Positions 39,860 through 50,608 of a DNA stretch of 64,000 nt are shown here, piece after piece. The stretch lies in the NCBI GenBank assembly GCA_039679455.1, contig JBDKUX010000093.1:3879-67878 (forward strand), read 5' to 3'. This DNA is from Smithella sp. (lineage in GTDB: Bacteria > Desulfobacterota > Syntrophia > Syntrophales > Smithellaceae). Made by a program: the position numbers and the translations under genes. Within the stretch, counting starts at the first letter, position 1. Every line of letters begins with the position of its first letter. The notes beneath the pieces were generated by a model. It saw only the letters and a program-made list of their open reading frames with translations, made no database searches and had not been told where the DNA came from.

Positions 39860-41338
39860 ATGATTATGGAAAGCAGCTTACCGACATTTACCGTCGAACA
39901 GGTATTGCAGGCAACAGGCGGTGTTTTGCTTTCCGGATGTACGGAAAATACGTTTTACGGAGTTACGACCGACTCCCGTCAGGTAATAGAGGGGAATTTG
40001 TTTGTTGCCTTGCAGGGTGAAAAATACGACGGCCATGATTTTGTAGGACTGGCAATAAAGCAGGGCGCCGCGGGTTGCGTGGTGCACAGTGAAGAGAAGC
40101 TTAATCTGACCGCTGCTGAGAAAAAAGTGGCCGTAATCAAGGTTGCCGATACATTGCAGGCGCTGGGTGATTTGGCGCACGTTTACCGCCGACGCTTTCC
40201 CATTCCGGTTATCGGTTTAACCGGTTCTTCGGGAAAGACAACGACAAAAGAAATGCTGGCGGCAATTCTTTCCAGAAAGAAAAAAACTTTAACAACAGAA
40301 GGTAATTTAAATAATCTGATCGGATTACCGCAGACAATCTTCCGGCTGACGAAGGATCACGAAATAGCCATCCTGGAAATGGGAACGAATATCCGCGGCG
40401 AGATTAAAAAGCTGGCCCAAATCGCCGTTCCGGATATCGGTTTAATTACCAATATAGGCCCTGCCCATCTGGCCGGTTTCGGTACGGTGGATATTGTCGC
40501 CGAGGAAAAAGGTGATTTGTTTCTTAATATGGCGCCGTCAGGAACGGCCATAGTTAATGTTGATGATGAAGCCATACAAATCATCGCCGAGAAGTGGCCG
40601 GGAAAGCGCATTACTTTCGGCATGAGTTCCGATGCCGATATTACGGCGCAGGACATAGTAAAAAACGGTTCCCGCGGTATCAGCTTCCAATTGATGGTCG
40701 GCCGTAGTGTCAGCCAGGTGGAAATGAAAATCGTCGGCATCCATCATGTCTATAACGCTCTGGCCGCAGCAGCAGCAGCCTGGGCGGCGGGGATTGACTG
40801 CAAGTCCATCGTGGAGGGGCTGGCTTCTTTTCAGCCGGTTTCCGGGCGGATGCAAATCATCAAACTGCAAAACCGGGCCTTTGTGATCGACGATACTTAT
40901 AATGCCAATCCGGCCTCGGTGCGCGAAGCATTGATGACATTGAAAGATTTGAAGAGCAACCATAACGGTTATGTGTTTTTGGGCGATATGCTGGAACTGG
41001 GTGCTGCGGCTGAGGAAATGCACCGGAAGATCGGTGTTTTGATGGCAACTATCGGCGTAAATGCCGTTTTTCTGCGCGGTGATTTTTCTAAGATTACGGC
41101 AGCCGGGGCCATCGACGGTGGTATGAGGCCGCAAAATATTTTCTTTTTATCCCCGGATGAAGACGGCATGCCATTTTTGAAAAAAAACTTGAAGGACGGC
41201 GATTGGGTTCTGGTGAAAGGGTCACGCCGCATGAAAATGGAAAAAATTGTTGCTCAAATATGCGATCTTTTCGGCAGAGATGAATCCGGCGAAAAGGCTG
41301 ACAAGGGTGGTCAAAAATCGGGAGTGAATGAACATTGA
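39860..41338 (+). CDS. murF: MurF ligase
   Basis: [30 protein letters not shown]. Confidence 0.95.
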   Translation: MIMESSLPTFTVEQVLQATGGVLLSGCTENTFYGVTTDSRQVIEGNLFVALQGEKYDGHDFVGLAIKQGAAGCVVHSEEKLNLTAAEKKVAVIKVADTLQALGDLAHVYRRRFPIPVIGLTGSSGKTTTKEMLAAILSRKKKTLTTEGNLNNLIGLPQTIFRLTKDHEIAILEMGTNIRGEIKKLAQIAVPDIGLITNIGPAHLAGFGTVDIVAEEKGDLFLNMAPSGTAIVNVDDEAIQIIAEKWPGKRITFGMSSDADITAQDIVKNGSRGISFQLMVGRSVSQVEMKIVGIHHVYNALAAAAAAWAAGIDCKSIVEGLASFQPVSGRMQIIKLQNRAFVIDDTYNANPASVREALMTLKDLKSNHNGYVFLGDMLELGAAAEEMHRKIGVLMATIGVNAVFLRGDFSKITAAGAIDGGMRPQNIFFLSPDEDGMPFLKKNLKDGDWVLVKGSRRMKMEKIVAQICDLFGRDESGEKADKGGQKSGVNEH

Positions 41339-42414
41339 TTTACCACTTATTATACCCCTTACATACAACTTTTTCATCGTTTAACGTATTTCGTTACATC
41401 ACCTTCCGGACGATCTACGCCAGCATTACTGCGCTGATAATTTGCTTCGTTGTCGGCCCCTGGCTTATACGGAAACTGCAGAGTATGCAAATCGGTCAGC
41501 AGGTCAGGGACGATGGTCCGCAGACCCATCTGGTTAAAAAAGGAACACCCACGATGGGTGGGGTATTGATAATCTTCGCCGTTGTTATTTCCACATTGCT
41601 CTGGGCGAATCTGGCTATTAATTATGTCTGGCTGGTGCTGCTGGTGACGATCGGCTACGGTTTGATCGGTTTTATTGATGATTATAGTAAATTTTCCGGT
41701 AAAAGTTCCAAAGGCTTGTCCGGTAAAACAAGACTGACGGCAGAGATAGTAATCGCCCTTTTTGCCAGTATCGTTCTTTACCTGAAACCGGGTTTCAATT
41801 CCCAGGTTTCAATCCCGTTTTTTAAGACTGTTTTGCCCAATCTCGGGTGGGGTTATATTGTACTTTCGACTTTTATCATTGTGGGCGCGGCCAATGCGGT
41901 GAATCTTACCGACGGATTGGACGGGCTGGCCATTGGTCCGGCAGCCATTTGTTTTGCCACTTACATGATGTTTGCCTATTTTGCCGGAAATGTGAAGGTG
42001 GCAACGTATCTGCAAATTCCCTACGTTGCCGGCGCCGGAGAACTGGCGGTTTTTTGCGGTGCTCTGGTCGGCGCCTCTTTGGGTTTTCTCTGGTTTAATT
42101 CCTATCCCGCAGAAGTATTTATGGGAGATGTCGGCTCGCTGTCATTGGGGGGTGCTTTAGGAATGACGGCGGTTATAACCAAACAGGAAATTTTGCTGGT
42201 GATTGTCGGCGGAATTTTTGTGATCGAAACTTTCTCCGTCATTTTTCAGGTCGGCTATTTCAAGCTGACGAAGGGGAAGCGAATTTTCCGGATGGCGCCG
42301 CTGCATCATCATTTTGAATTAAAAGGCTGGGCGGAGCCGAAGGTAATCGTTCGTTTCTGGGTAATCTCCATACTGCTGGCCTTAATGGCGATAAGTACAT
42401 TGAAATTGCGTTAG
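41335..42414 (+). CDS. mraY: phospho-MurNAc-pentapeptide translocase
   Basis: [33 protein letters not shown]. Confidence 0.96.
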   Translation: MIYHLLYPLHTTFSSFNVFRYITFRTIYASITALIICFVVGPWLIRKLQSMQIGQQVRDDGPQTHLVKKGTPTMGGVLIIFAVVISTLLWANLAINYVWLVLLVTIGYGLIGFIDDYSKFSGKSSKGLSGKTRLTAEIVIALFASIVLYLKPGFNSQVSIPFFKTVLPNLGWGYIVLSTFIIVGAANAVNLTDGLDGLAIGPAAICFATYMMFAYFAGNVKVATYLQIPYVAGAGELAVFCGALVGASLGFLWFNSYPAEVFMGDVGSLSLGGALGMTAVITKQEILLVIVGGIFVIETFSVIFQVGYFKLTKGKRIFRMAPLHHHFELKGWAEPKVIVRFWVISILLALMAISTLKLR

Positions 42415-42472
42415 GCGCCGTTACGATTTTGCGATGGGACAGTTATTGTTGATGTAACGGCTTAGAGGGAAC

Positions 42473-43822
42473 ATGGATTTAAAAGGTAAAAAAGTAATTG
42501 TTGTCGGTATGGGCAAAACAGGGGTTGCCGCTGCCGCATTTTTAGGTTCCAGGGGCTGCAAAGTTGTGGCTACCGATGAGAAACCAAGCAAGATGTGGGA
42601 TACGCAGTATGATCGTATTGCCGGCGAAAAGTGGCTGGAAACCGGGATATACAATGAAGGTATTTTGAGCGGGGCGGATATGGTTATTCCATCGCCGGGG
42701 ATTCCTCCTTATAACGATATTCTTACGGCGGCGGTCCGGGAAAAAATTCCGGTGGTCAGTGAAATTGAACTGGCCTACCGCTTTATGGAAAAACCGCTGG
42801 TTGCCGTTACCGGGACCAACGGTAAAACGACGACGACAACCCTCCTGGGGGAGATTTTCAGGCGGGCCGGCAAAAAAGTGTTTGTCGGCGGCAACATCGG
42901 CAATCCATTGATAGAATACGCCGGCACACCACAGCAGGAAGATTTTGTCGTTGCGGAAATCAGCAGTTTTCAATTGCAATGGGTGGAGAAGTTCAGGCCT
43001 TTTGTTTCCATATTATTAAATGTTACTTGTGATCATATTAATTATCACGGCTCTTTTGATGAATACCGCCGGATTAAAGCCAGAATTTTTGCCAATCAAA
43101 CTGCAGCTGATTTTGCCGTGCTTAATGCCGAAGATCCGGCGCAAAAGTCGATGGGTGCCGGCCTGGCGGCAAAGGTGGCGCAGTTCAGCTCAGCTAAAGA
43201 AATTTCTTACGGCATGTATTTAAAGAATGATGCCCTTGTTTTTAATATGTTTGACGGCAGTAAGGAACAATATCCGTTGAGCATGATTAAAATTCCCGGC
43301 CTGCATAATGTGGAAAATGTAATGGCCACTGTAATGGCCGCGCGCTTTTGCGGATGCAGCAGGGAGAGCATTATAGCTGCTGTCGGCGATTTCCGGGGAT
43401 TGCCGCACCGGATTGAATTCGCCGGTGAGAAAAAGAATGTCAAATTTTACGATGATTCCAAAGGAACAAATGTCGGTTCCGTGATCAGGGCGCTCGATAC
43501 GTTTTCCGATCCGGTTATCCTGCTTTTAGGCGGACGGGATAAAGACGGCGATTTTGATACCCTCAAACCACTGCTTACGAAAAAGGCTAAAAGAATAATA
43601 TTGTTTGGCGAAGCGCGAGACCGCATCGGATCCCTGATCGGCGACGGTGACGGTGTGCCTGTGCAGAAAAATCCTACTTTGCGGGGAGCAATCGAGAGCG
43701 CTTATGAGAACGCCAAAGCGGGAGATGTAATATTGCTTTCTCCCGGCTGCGCCAGTTTTGATGAATTCAAAAATTATAAAGAACGGGGTAATTTTTTCAA
43801 AGAAGTGGTGAGGTCTCTGTAA
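42473..43822 (+). CDS. murD: MurD ligase
   Basis: GTNGKTTTT, EISSFQL, DDSKGTN, SPGCASFD. Confidence 0.95.
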   Translation: MDLKGKKVIVVGMGKTGVAAAAFLGSRGCKVVATDEKPSKMWDTQYDRIAGEKWLETGIYNEGILSGADMVIPSPGIPPYNDILTAAVREKIPVVSEIELAYRFMEKPLVAVTGTNGKTTTTTLLGEIFRRAGKKVFVGGNIGNPLIEYAGTPQQEDFVVAEISSFQLQWVEKFRPFVSILLNVTCDHINYHGSFDEYRRIKARIFANQTAADFAVLNAEDPAQKSMGAGLAAKVAQFSSAKEISYGMYLKNDALVFNMFDGSKEQYPLSMIKIPGLHNVENVMATVMAARFCGCSRESIIAAVGDFRGLPHRIEFAGEKKNVKFYDDSKGTNVGSVIRALDTFSDPVILLLGGRDKDGDFDTLKPLLTKKAKRIILFGEARDRIGSLIGDGDGVPVQKNPTLRGAIESAYENAKAGDVILLSPGCASFDEFKNYKERGNFFKEVVRSL

Positions 43823-44932
43823 ATGGAAGATGCTTTGAAAAAAGAGGACAAAGCGCCCGACATCATTCTACTCGTGGTCACTTTACTTTTAGCGACTGTC
43901 GGCACGACGATGATTTATTCGTCCAGTTCTATTATTGCGTTAGAGCGTTTCAATGACGGTCAGTATTTTTTAAAGAAACAATTAGTTTTTGTTTTTGTAG
44001 GCCTTGTTTCCATGTTGGTAATGACCAGGGTTCCTTATGCTTCGTTAAGGAAGCTGGCTTATCCGGGGATAGCTGTTTCGCTGATTTTACTTGTTCTGCT
44101 TCTGATCCCGCACGTCGGTCTCAGGCGCGGAGGAGCAACGCGCTGGCTAAACATGGGATTTTTTTCTTTCCAGGTCACGGAAATGGTTAAAATTGCGATG
44201 GTAATATTTTTTGCTCATTTATTGACGCGCAAATTTCATTTGTTGCAGAATTTTACCCGCGGTGTTTTAGTACCCTTATCCGTAACGGCGGTGATCATTT
44301 TACTTATATTATTGGAGCCGGACTTCGGTACGGCGGTAATTATCATGGCCATCATGCTCTTAATGATGTGCCTGGCCGGTACAAAAATCAAACATTTATT
44401 AATTTTGGGGGCGGCTTTTATTCCCGTCGGCGCATTTCTGATCTGGCATAAGGGATATCGAATGGCGCGATTAACCGCATTTTTGGATCCCTGGAAAGAT
44501 GCCGATAATACGGGCTTTCAAATTATCCAGTCTTTGTTGTCTTTTGGCTCAGGCGGCACATTTGGCGTAGGTATCGGCGACGGTATGCAGAAGCTGTTTT
44601 ACCTGCCGGAACCGCATACCGACTTTATTTTATCCATCATCGCGGAAGAGAGTGGATTTGTCGGCGTAACAATAGTGATCATCATGTTTATGCTTTTTGT
44701 CTTACGCGGCTTCATGATCTCACTTAAGGCACCCGACCTTTTTGGTACACTTCTGGCGGCTGGTTTAACAATGGTGATTGCGTTGGAAGCATTTATAAAT
44801 ATTGCGGGAGTGATGGGGATTATTCCGCTTAAAGGACTTGCTCTTCCTTTTTTAAGCTACGGCGGAACATCATTCATCATGAGTATGACGGCGGTTGGAA
44901 TTTTATTGAATATATCGACGCAAAAGACATGA
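43823..44932 (+). CDS. ftsW: SEDS polymerase FtsW
   Basis: GATRWL, EPDFGT, YLPEPHTDF, SYGGTS. Confidence 0.95.
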   Translation: MEDALKKEDKAPDIILLVVTLLLATVGTTMIYSSSSIIALERFNDGQYFLKKQLVFVFVGLVSMLVMTRVPYASLRKLAYPGIAVSLILLVLLLIPHVGLRRGGATRWLNMGFFSFQVTEMVKIAMVIFFAHLLTRKFHLLQNFTRGVLVPLSVTAVIILLILLEPDFGTAVIIMAIMLLMMCLAGTKIKHLLILGAAFIPVGAFLIWHKGYRMARLTAFLDPWKDADNTGFQIIQSLLSFGSGGTFGVGIGDGMQKLFYLPEPHTDFILSIIAEESGFVGVTIVIIMFMLFVLRGFMISLKAPDLFGTLLAAGLTMVIALEAFINIAGVMGIIPLKGLALPFLSYGGTSFIMSMTAVGILLNISTQKT

Positions 44933-44937
44933 AAGTG

Positions 44938-45009
44938 AACGAGGTCGTAAAAAGTCCATATGCTGTTTATCACCTTCAGGTGACGTTGCGCTGCATCCTT
45001 CGTCACTGC
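44938..45009. repeat. degenerate partial copy of the 10124-10248 element, inverted
   Basis: TCGTAAA...ATGC and CGTTGCGCTGCATCCTTCGTCACTGC align to the reverse complement of the first copy (CGTTGCGTTGCGTCCCTCGTCGTTGC). Confidence 0.6.
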
Positions 45010-45023
45010 ACGGGGAGAATTAC

Positions 45024-46109
45024 ATGCGTGTTGTAATTGCCGGAGGAGGAACGGGCGGACATTTGTTTCCCGGCATTGCGATAGCTGAGGAATTTATTAG
45101 AAGGGACAAGAAGGCGGAAGTACTTTTTATCGGAACGCACAGGGGTATTGAAAGTAAACTGCTGGGTCCTGCCGGATATAAGCTCAGCACCATTGACGTC
45201 GAAGGCATTAAAGGACGGGGCATAAAAGCGCTGATGAAAGGTTTTTACCAGATTCCGCAAAGCATGTGGCAATCGGGGCGGATTCTGAAAAAGTTTCGAC
45301 CCGGGATGGTTATTGGTGTCGGCGGCTATGCTTCCGGACCAGCGGTGCTGGCCGCTCATTTTATGGGACTGCCGACGGCAATTGCCGAGCAAAATGCCGT
45401 ACCCGGCATTACCAACAGAATCCTGGGAAAGTTTGTGGATAAAATATTTGTGACTTACGCCGGAACCGCAGATTTATTTCCCGCTTCCAGAGTATTGGTC
45501 AGCGGCAACCCGGTGCGTGCGGCATTTACCGGTGTGCGCAATTTGCAAAAAGCGACAAAAGATTTTCATCAGCTTTTGATTTTCGGCGGTTCGCAGGGAG
45601 CCCAGGCGATTAATAAAAGCATCGTCGAAATGCTGCCGCAGCTGCAGAAAATAAAAAATAAAGTCCGCATCCTGCACCAGACCGGAGCGCGGGATGTGGA
45701 GTCGGTTCAAGATGCCTACGCCCGTTATGGAATTCGGGCCGATGTTACGGCCTTTATCGTCGGCATGGCTGACGCCTACAGGCAGGCGGATTTGATTATC
45801 TGCCGGGCGGGGGCAACATCGCTGGCGGAAATTACAACGGCGGGGAAAGCATCGATATTAATTCCGTTCCCCTGGGCAACGAATGATCATCAGACAAAAA
45901 ATGCCGAGGCGATGGCTGATAAAGGCGCGGCAATTATGATTAAAGAGAAAGATCTCAGCGGAGAAAAGTTGTTTGAGGTGGTGGAAGAATTACTCGGTGA
46001 CCCCGGGAAATTGCGGCTGATGGAGGAAAACTCGGCAAAGCTAGGTAATATCAACGCCGCCGCAACAATAGTCGACGCCTGCTTTGCACTGACAGCGAAA
46101 AAGAATTAG
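45024..46109 (+). CDS. murG: MurG glycosyltransferase
   Basis: GGGTGGHLFP, EQNAVPG, GGSQGA, CRAGA, HQTKNA. Confidence 0.96.
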   Translation: MRVVIAGGGTGGHLFPGIAIAEEFIRRDKKAEVLFIGTHRGIESKLLGPAGYKLSTIDVEGIKGRGIKALMKGFYQIPQSMWQSGRILKKFRPGMVIGVGGYASGPAVLAAHFMGLPTAIAEQNAVPGITNRILGKFVDKIFVTYAGTADLFPASRVLVSGNPVRAAFTGVRNLQKATKDFHQLLIFGGSQGAQAINKSIVEMLPQLQKIKNKVRILHQTGARDVESVQDAYARYGIRADVTAFIVGMADAYRQADLIICRAGATSLAEITTAGKASILIPFPWATNDHQTKNAEAMADKGAAIMIKEKDLSGEKLFEVVEELLGDPGKLRLMEENSAKLGNINAAATIVDACFALTAKKN

Positions 46110-46150
46110 GGAATCAATACGGATAAACGTGAAAGAGGAATATCGGATAA

Positions 46151-47560
46151 ATGGGAACAGATAAAGAAACCGGCTTAATGCAGCGTAAAATAAAATGTAT
46201 TCATTTTGTAGGCATCGGCGGCATCGGTATGAGCGGTATTGCCGAAGTGCTTCTCAATCTCGGCTATAAAATCAGCGGCTCCGATGCTCAGCAGTCGGAT
46301 ACAACACTGCGTTTGCAGAAGCTGGGGGCTGTGGTTGCCGTCGGTCACAATGCCCAAAATGTCGGCAATGCCGATGTCGTGGTGACTTCTACCGCAGTGA
46401 GAGCCTCAAATCCGGAAGTTGTGGAAGCACACCGGCGGAATATTCCGGTGATTCCACGGGCGGAAATGCTGGCCGAGCTTTTGAAAATGAAATTTTCGGT
46501 CGCCGTTTCGGGCAGCCACGGCAAAACAACAACAACGTCCATGGTGTCTACAATCCTGGCGGAAGGCGGACTGGATCCTACCATGGTCATCGGAGGAAAA
46601 CTGGCCAGCATCGGCAGCAATGCCCGCCTGGGTGACGGTGAAATAATAGTTGCCGAAGCGGACGAAAGCGACGGCTCCTTTCTGAAATTGTCGCCGACAA
46701 TTGCCGTAATTACCAACATCGATCGGGAACATCTGGATTACTATCCGGGAATCACTGAAATCAAAGCGGCATTTCTTAAGTTCGCCAATATCGTTCCTTT
46801 CTATGGCTGCACCGTCATGTGCAATGATAACGAGTATGTAAGAGAAATTACCCCGGAAATTAAACGCCGTACCATCACATATGGTATCGAACACACGGCG
46901 GATTACCGGGCGGAAAAAATTGAATTTAAGGGCAGCAAAACAAACTATCAACTTTCTTACAAGGGAGAAGTGTTGGGTGAAATTGAACTTAACGTTCCCG
47001 GCATGTTTAATGTTTATAATTCACTCGCGGCTGTGGCCGTCGGCCGTGAGCTGGAACTGGAACTTCCGGTAATTCGAAAAGGGCTGGCGAGCTTTTATGG
47101 CGTGCATCGTCGGCTGGAGATTAAAGGCAAGGTCGGAAGTATTACCGTTGTCGATGATTACGGTCATCATCCCACGGAAGTTCGGGAAACCCTGGCGGCG
47201 GCAAGTCATGTGTGGAAGGGAAGGCGCATCGTCGTTTTTCAGCCGCATCGCTATACCCGGACAAAGGCGCTTTTTGATGAATTCACCAGGGCTTTTACCG
47301 ATGCAGACGTCCTGATTCTAAATGATATTTATCCGGCCAGCGAAGAGCCTATTGCCGGAGTAAATTCGGCATCGCTGTGTGCGGCGATCAAGGCGGCTGG
47401 TCATCCTCATGTGGAATATGTGGCGAATGCGGAGGAGACGATCGAATATCTGTTGAAAATTGTCCGGCCTGACGATGCTGTATTTACCCTGGGTGCCGGC
47501 AGCGTTTATAAAATAGGCGAAGCTTTTTTGAAACAGCTGGCGGCGCGGGAAGAGAAATAA
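46151..47560 (+). CDS. murC: MurC ligase
   Basis: GIGGIGMSG, GSHGKTTTT, EADESD, DDYGHHPTE, FQPHRYTRT. Confidence 0.96.
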   Translation: MGTDKETGLMQRKIKCIHFVGIGGIGMSGIAEVLLNLGYKISGSDAQQSDTTLRLQKLGAVVAVGHNAQNVGNADVVVTSTAVRASNPEVVEAHRRNIPVIPRAEMLAELLKMKFSVAVSGSHGKTTTTSMVSTILAEGGLDPTMVIGGKLASIGSNARLGDGEIIVAEADESDGSFLKLSPTIAVITNIDREHLDYYPGITEIKAAFLKFANIVPFYGCTVMCNDNEYVREITPEIKRRTITYGIEHTADYRAEKIEFKGSKTNYQLSYKGEVLGEIELNVPGMFNVYNSLAAVAVGRELELELPVIRKGLASFYGVHRRLEIKGKVGSITVVDDYGHHPTEVRETLAAASHVWKGRRIVVFQPHRYTRTKALFDEFTRAFTDADVLILNDIYPASEEPIAGVNSASLCAAIKAAGHPHVEYVANAEETIEYLLKIVRPDDAVFTLGAGSVYKIGEAFLKQLAAREEK

Positions 47561-47561
47561 A

Positions 47562-48482
47562 ATGGCCGGTGCAAGGGACATTGCAGATGTGCTGGGTGAT
47601 ATCGAAGGTAAAAAATTTTACAATGAACCGATGTCGCGCCATACATCTCTTAAAATAGGCGGCAATGCCGATGCCCTGATTGTTGTTGAAAGTGAAGATC
47701 AATTGCTGCAAATTGTGGGGAAGTTGAATGCGGCAAAAATTAATTATCTGCCGGTGGGAAATTTAACAAATATTATTATACGGGACGGCGGCTACCGCGG
47801 AGCAATTTTACTCATGAGCGAACTTAAAGATATCAGTTATCAGCATACGCCGGCAGACGATCATTTTATCAGCGCTCAGGCCGGTGCTACGCTGGCTCGT
47901 GTGGTTGCAATGTCTGTTGCACATGAATTGACGGGGCTTGAGTTTTGCGCGGGTATTCCCGGCAGTGTCGGCGGCGCCGTATGGATGAATGCCGGTGCTT
48001 TCGGCTCGGAAATGAAGGATGTTGTAACAGATGTATCTTTGCTGGATGTCAGCGGCCAAATAAGAACATTGAACAGAGAAGAAATAACATTTGGCTACCG
48101 CAAAACGGTTTTACCGGAAAAAGCTATAATTATTGGTTCCCGCTTAAAATTGGAAAAAGGCGGCCGGGAGCAAATCCAGCAGAAGATAAAAGATATCATC
48201 CAGTCTCGTCAGGAAAAGCATCCATTGGAATATCCCAGTGCGGGATCTGTTTTTAAGAATTTGCCGGGTATGCCTGCGGGGCGGATCATTGAAGAAACAG
48301 GGCTCAAAGGATATCATTGTGGAGATGCGGAAGTTTCACTAAAGCATGCCAACTTTATTGTAAACAAAGGCAATGCTACCGCAACGGATGTTCTTGCATT
48401 GATTGATTTCATCACTCGGAAGGCTAAGAAAGAAAAGGGCATTGATCTGGAGACGGAAGTAATTATTATTGGAGAAAATTAA
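47562..48482 (+). CDS. murB: UDP-MurNAc dehydrogenase
   Basis: GIPGSVGGAVWMNAGA, SAGSVFKN, KHANF. Confidence 0.95.
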   Translation: MAGARDIADVLGDIEGKKFYNEPMSRHTSLKIGGNADALIVVESEDQLLQIVGKLNAAKINYLPVGNLTNIIIRDGGYRGAILLMSELKDISYQHTPADDHFISAQAGATLARVVAMSVAHELTGLEFCAGIPGSVGGAVWMNAGAFGSEMKDVVTDVSLLDVSGQIRTLNREEITFGYRKTVLPEKAIIIGSRLKLEKGGREQIQQKIKDIIQSRQEKHPLEYPSAGSVFKNLPGMPAGRIIEETGLKGYHCGDAEVSLKHANFIVNKGNATATDVLALIDFITRKAKKEKGIDLETEVIIIGEN

Positions 48483-49327
48483 TGCCGAGAAAATTTAGAA
48501 CAAGCATGACAGCAAAAAAGAACCGCCTGCGCCGGCGTCTGGCAGACGGTATTCGTGAATTTGTGTGTGCAATAGGTATATTGTTTTCTGTTGCCGTGCT
48601 TTGCCTTTTGTTTGTATATGCTTACAGCTACTTATTGAGTATGCCCTATTTTGAAATTAAGGAAATATCGATACGCGGTTTAAAGGAATTAACGGAGCAG
48701 GATGTTTTAACGCAAGCCTCGCTTACACCCCGGCAAAATCTGCTGTCCGTTAATATTGGGGCTTTGGAAAAAAGAATTTCCTCTAATCCCTGGGTCAAAA
48801 ATATTTATGTGGGCAGGGAACTGCCCGACAGGTTGATCATGGAAGTAAAGGAGCGTAACGCCGTTGCTATGGTCAAGCAATCCAACGAACTTTATCTCAT
48901 GGATAATGAAGGATTTATTTTTAAAAAGCTGGGGAAAAACGATGAAGTGGATTTACCGATTCTTACCGGATTAGACGGCAAGGAACAGGATAAATCCAAA
49001 CTTTTATTAAGCACGCTCAATCTGCTGAAAAACATGTCCGCTTCCAACAGGTATAATTACCTGGGAGCGATATCGGAAGTGAATGTTGATGATATTTTCG
49101 GCATTTCTCTTCTAACCGATAACGGCCTTTACCTGAAACTGGGTAAGGATAATTATGAAAAGAAACTAAACCAATTAAGCACGGTTATGGCGGATATGGA
49201 GAAGCGGGGCTTGAGAAAGGGTTGCATCTTTGTAGATATATGCGATATCACGAAGATTACCATTCAATATAAAAATATTTCAGAGCGGCCGGAGCAGGGG
49301 AAAAAGGGCAAAGAATACCGGACGTAA
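48482..49327 (+). CDS. ftsQ: FtsQ/DivIB
   Basis: TM plus POTRA domain (PWVKNIYVGRELPD); position before ftsA. Confidence 0.85.
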   Translation: MPRKFRTSMTAKKNRLRRRLADGIREFVCAIGILFSVAVLCLLFVYAYSYLLSMPYFEIKEISIRGLKELTEQDVLTQASLTPRQNLLSVNIGALEKRISSNPWVKNIYVGRELPDRLIMEVKERNAVAMVKQSNELYLMDNEGFIFKKLGKNDEVDLPILTGLDGKEQDKSKLLLSTLNLLKNMSASNRYNYLGAISEVNVDDIFGISLLTDNGLYLKLGKDNYEKKLNQLSTVMADMEKRGLRKGCIFVDICDITKITIQYKNISERPEQGKKGKEYRT

Positions 49328-49372
49328 AATGTAGCCGGTGTGCCGCTATTAAAAAAGGTGGAGAAGAAGCTG

Positions 49373-50599
49373 ATGGGCAGAAGAAGCAATGTTCTGGTAG
49401 GGATCGATATTGGAACAACAAAGACGACAGCCATTGTTGGTGAAGTTACCGATACCGGCATTGATATAATCGGAATCGGCACGTCACCGGCCAAGGAATT
49501 AAGAAAAGGTGTTGTTGTCAATATTGAAAGTACCGTAGAGGCTATTAAAAAAGCTATCGATGACGCTGAACATATGTCGGGATGCCGTATTGATTCGGCT
49601 TATGTCGGCATAGCCGGGAGTCATATCAGAGGACAGAATTCACTGGGTATCGTCGCCGTGAAAGGCCGGGAAGTCGGTGAAGAGGATGTACAAAGGGCCA
49701 TCGAGGCTTCCAAAGCCGTTGCCATTCCCGTGGACAGGGAAATTCTGCATACTCTGCCGCAAAATTACGTCGTCGACGGACAGGATGGAGTAAGGGATCC
49801 GGTGGGAATGTCCGGCGTCCGTTTGGAGGCGAAAGTCCATATTGTAACGGGGGCGGTGGCTTCCATTCAGAACATTGTAAAGTCTGTAAATCGTGTCGGT
49901 CTGGATATTGACGATCTGGTTTTGGAGCAATTGGCGGCCGGTGAAGCGGTGCTTAGTTCCGATGAAAAAGATTTGGGAGTGGTGCTGATTGATATTGGCG
50001 GTTCCCATACCGGTATCGCCATTTTTTCCGAAGGGAGTATCAAACATACGGCGATACTGCCGGTTGGCGGCAACTACCTGACGTCGGATATTGCCACCGG
50101 TTTGCGTACCCCGTTTAATGAGGCGGAAAAAATAAAACTTAATTACGGTTGCGCCTTAACATCAATGATTCCTAAAGAAGAAACGATAGAGGTGCCCAGC
50201 GTTGGAGGCAGGGAGGCCCGTGAGGTGTCCCGCCAGATATTAGGCAGAATTATTGAGCCTCGAATGGAAGAAATACTGAACATGGTTTCCAAAGAAATTG
50301 TCCGTTCCGGATTTGAAGAATTGCTCGCGGCGGGTGTTGTTTTAACTGGCGGTACATCACTTTTGCCCGGTATCAATGAATTGGCAGAACACATATTTGA
50401 GATGCCGGTCCGCAGAGGAATCCCGTCCGGTGTGGGAGGACTTTCCGATGTTGTTAATTCTCCTGCCTACGCCACCGGAGTCGGATTAATCATTTACGGC
50501 AACAAACAGACGTCCAGTGAATCTGTCTACAAGAAAACCGGAAATATATTCGAAAATGTGATCAAAACAATAAAAAAATGGTTTTTAGAATTTTTTTGA
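49373..50599 (+). CDS. ftsA: cell division protein FtsA
   Basis: GIDIGTTK, DIGG, AEKIK, LTGG, YATGVGL, amphipathic C-terminus; GTG 49340 is an alternative start. Confidence 0.95.
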   Translation: MGRRSNVLVGIDIGTTKTTAIVGEVTDTGIDIIGIGTSPAKELRKGVVVNIESTVEAIKKAIDDAEHMSGCRIDSAYVGIAGSHIRGQNSLGIVAVKGREVGEEDVQRAIEASKAVAIPVDREILHTLPQNYVVDGQDGVRDPVGMSGVRLEAKVHIVTGAVASIQNIVKSVNRVGLDIDDLVLEQLAAGEAVLSSDEKDLGVVLIDIGGSHTGIAIFSEGSIKHTAILPVGGNYLTSDIATGLRTPFNEAEKIKLNYGCALTSMIPKEETIEVPSVGGREAREVSRQILGRIIEPRMEEILNMVSKEIVRSGFEELLAAGVVLTGGTSLLPGINELAEHIFEMPVRRGIPSGVGGLSDVVNSPAYATGVGLIIYGNKQTSSESVYKKTGNIFENVIKTIKKWFLEFF

Positions 50600-50608
50600 A
50601 AGGAAGGG

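Noticed and set aside
42417-42461. 8-bp inverted repeat GCCGTTAC/GTAACGGC between mraY and murD
   Set aside because: Long loop, no U-tract; insufficient evidence of function
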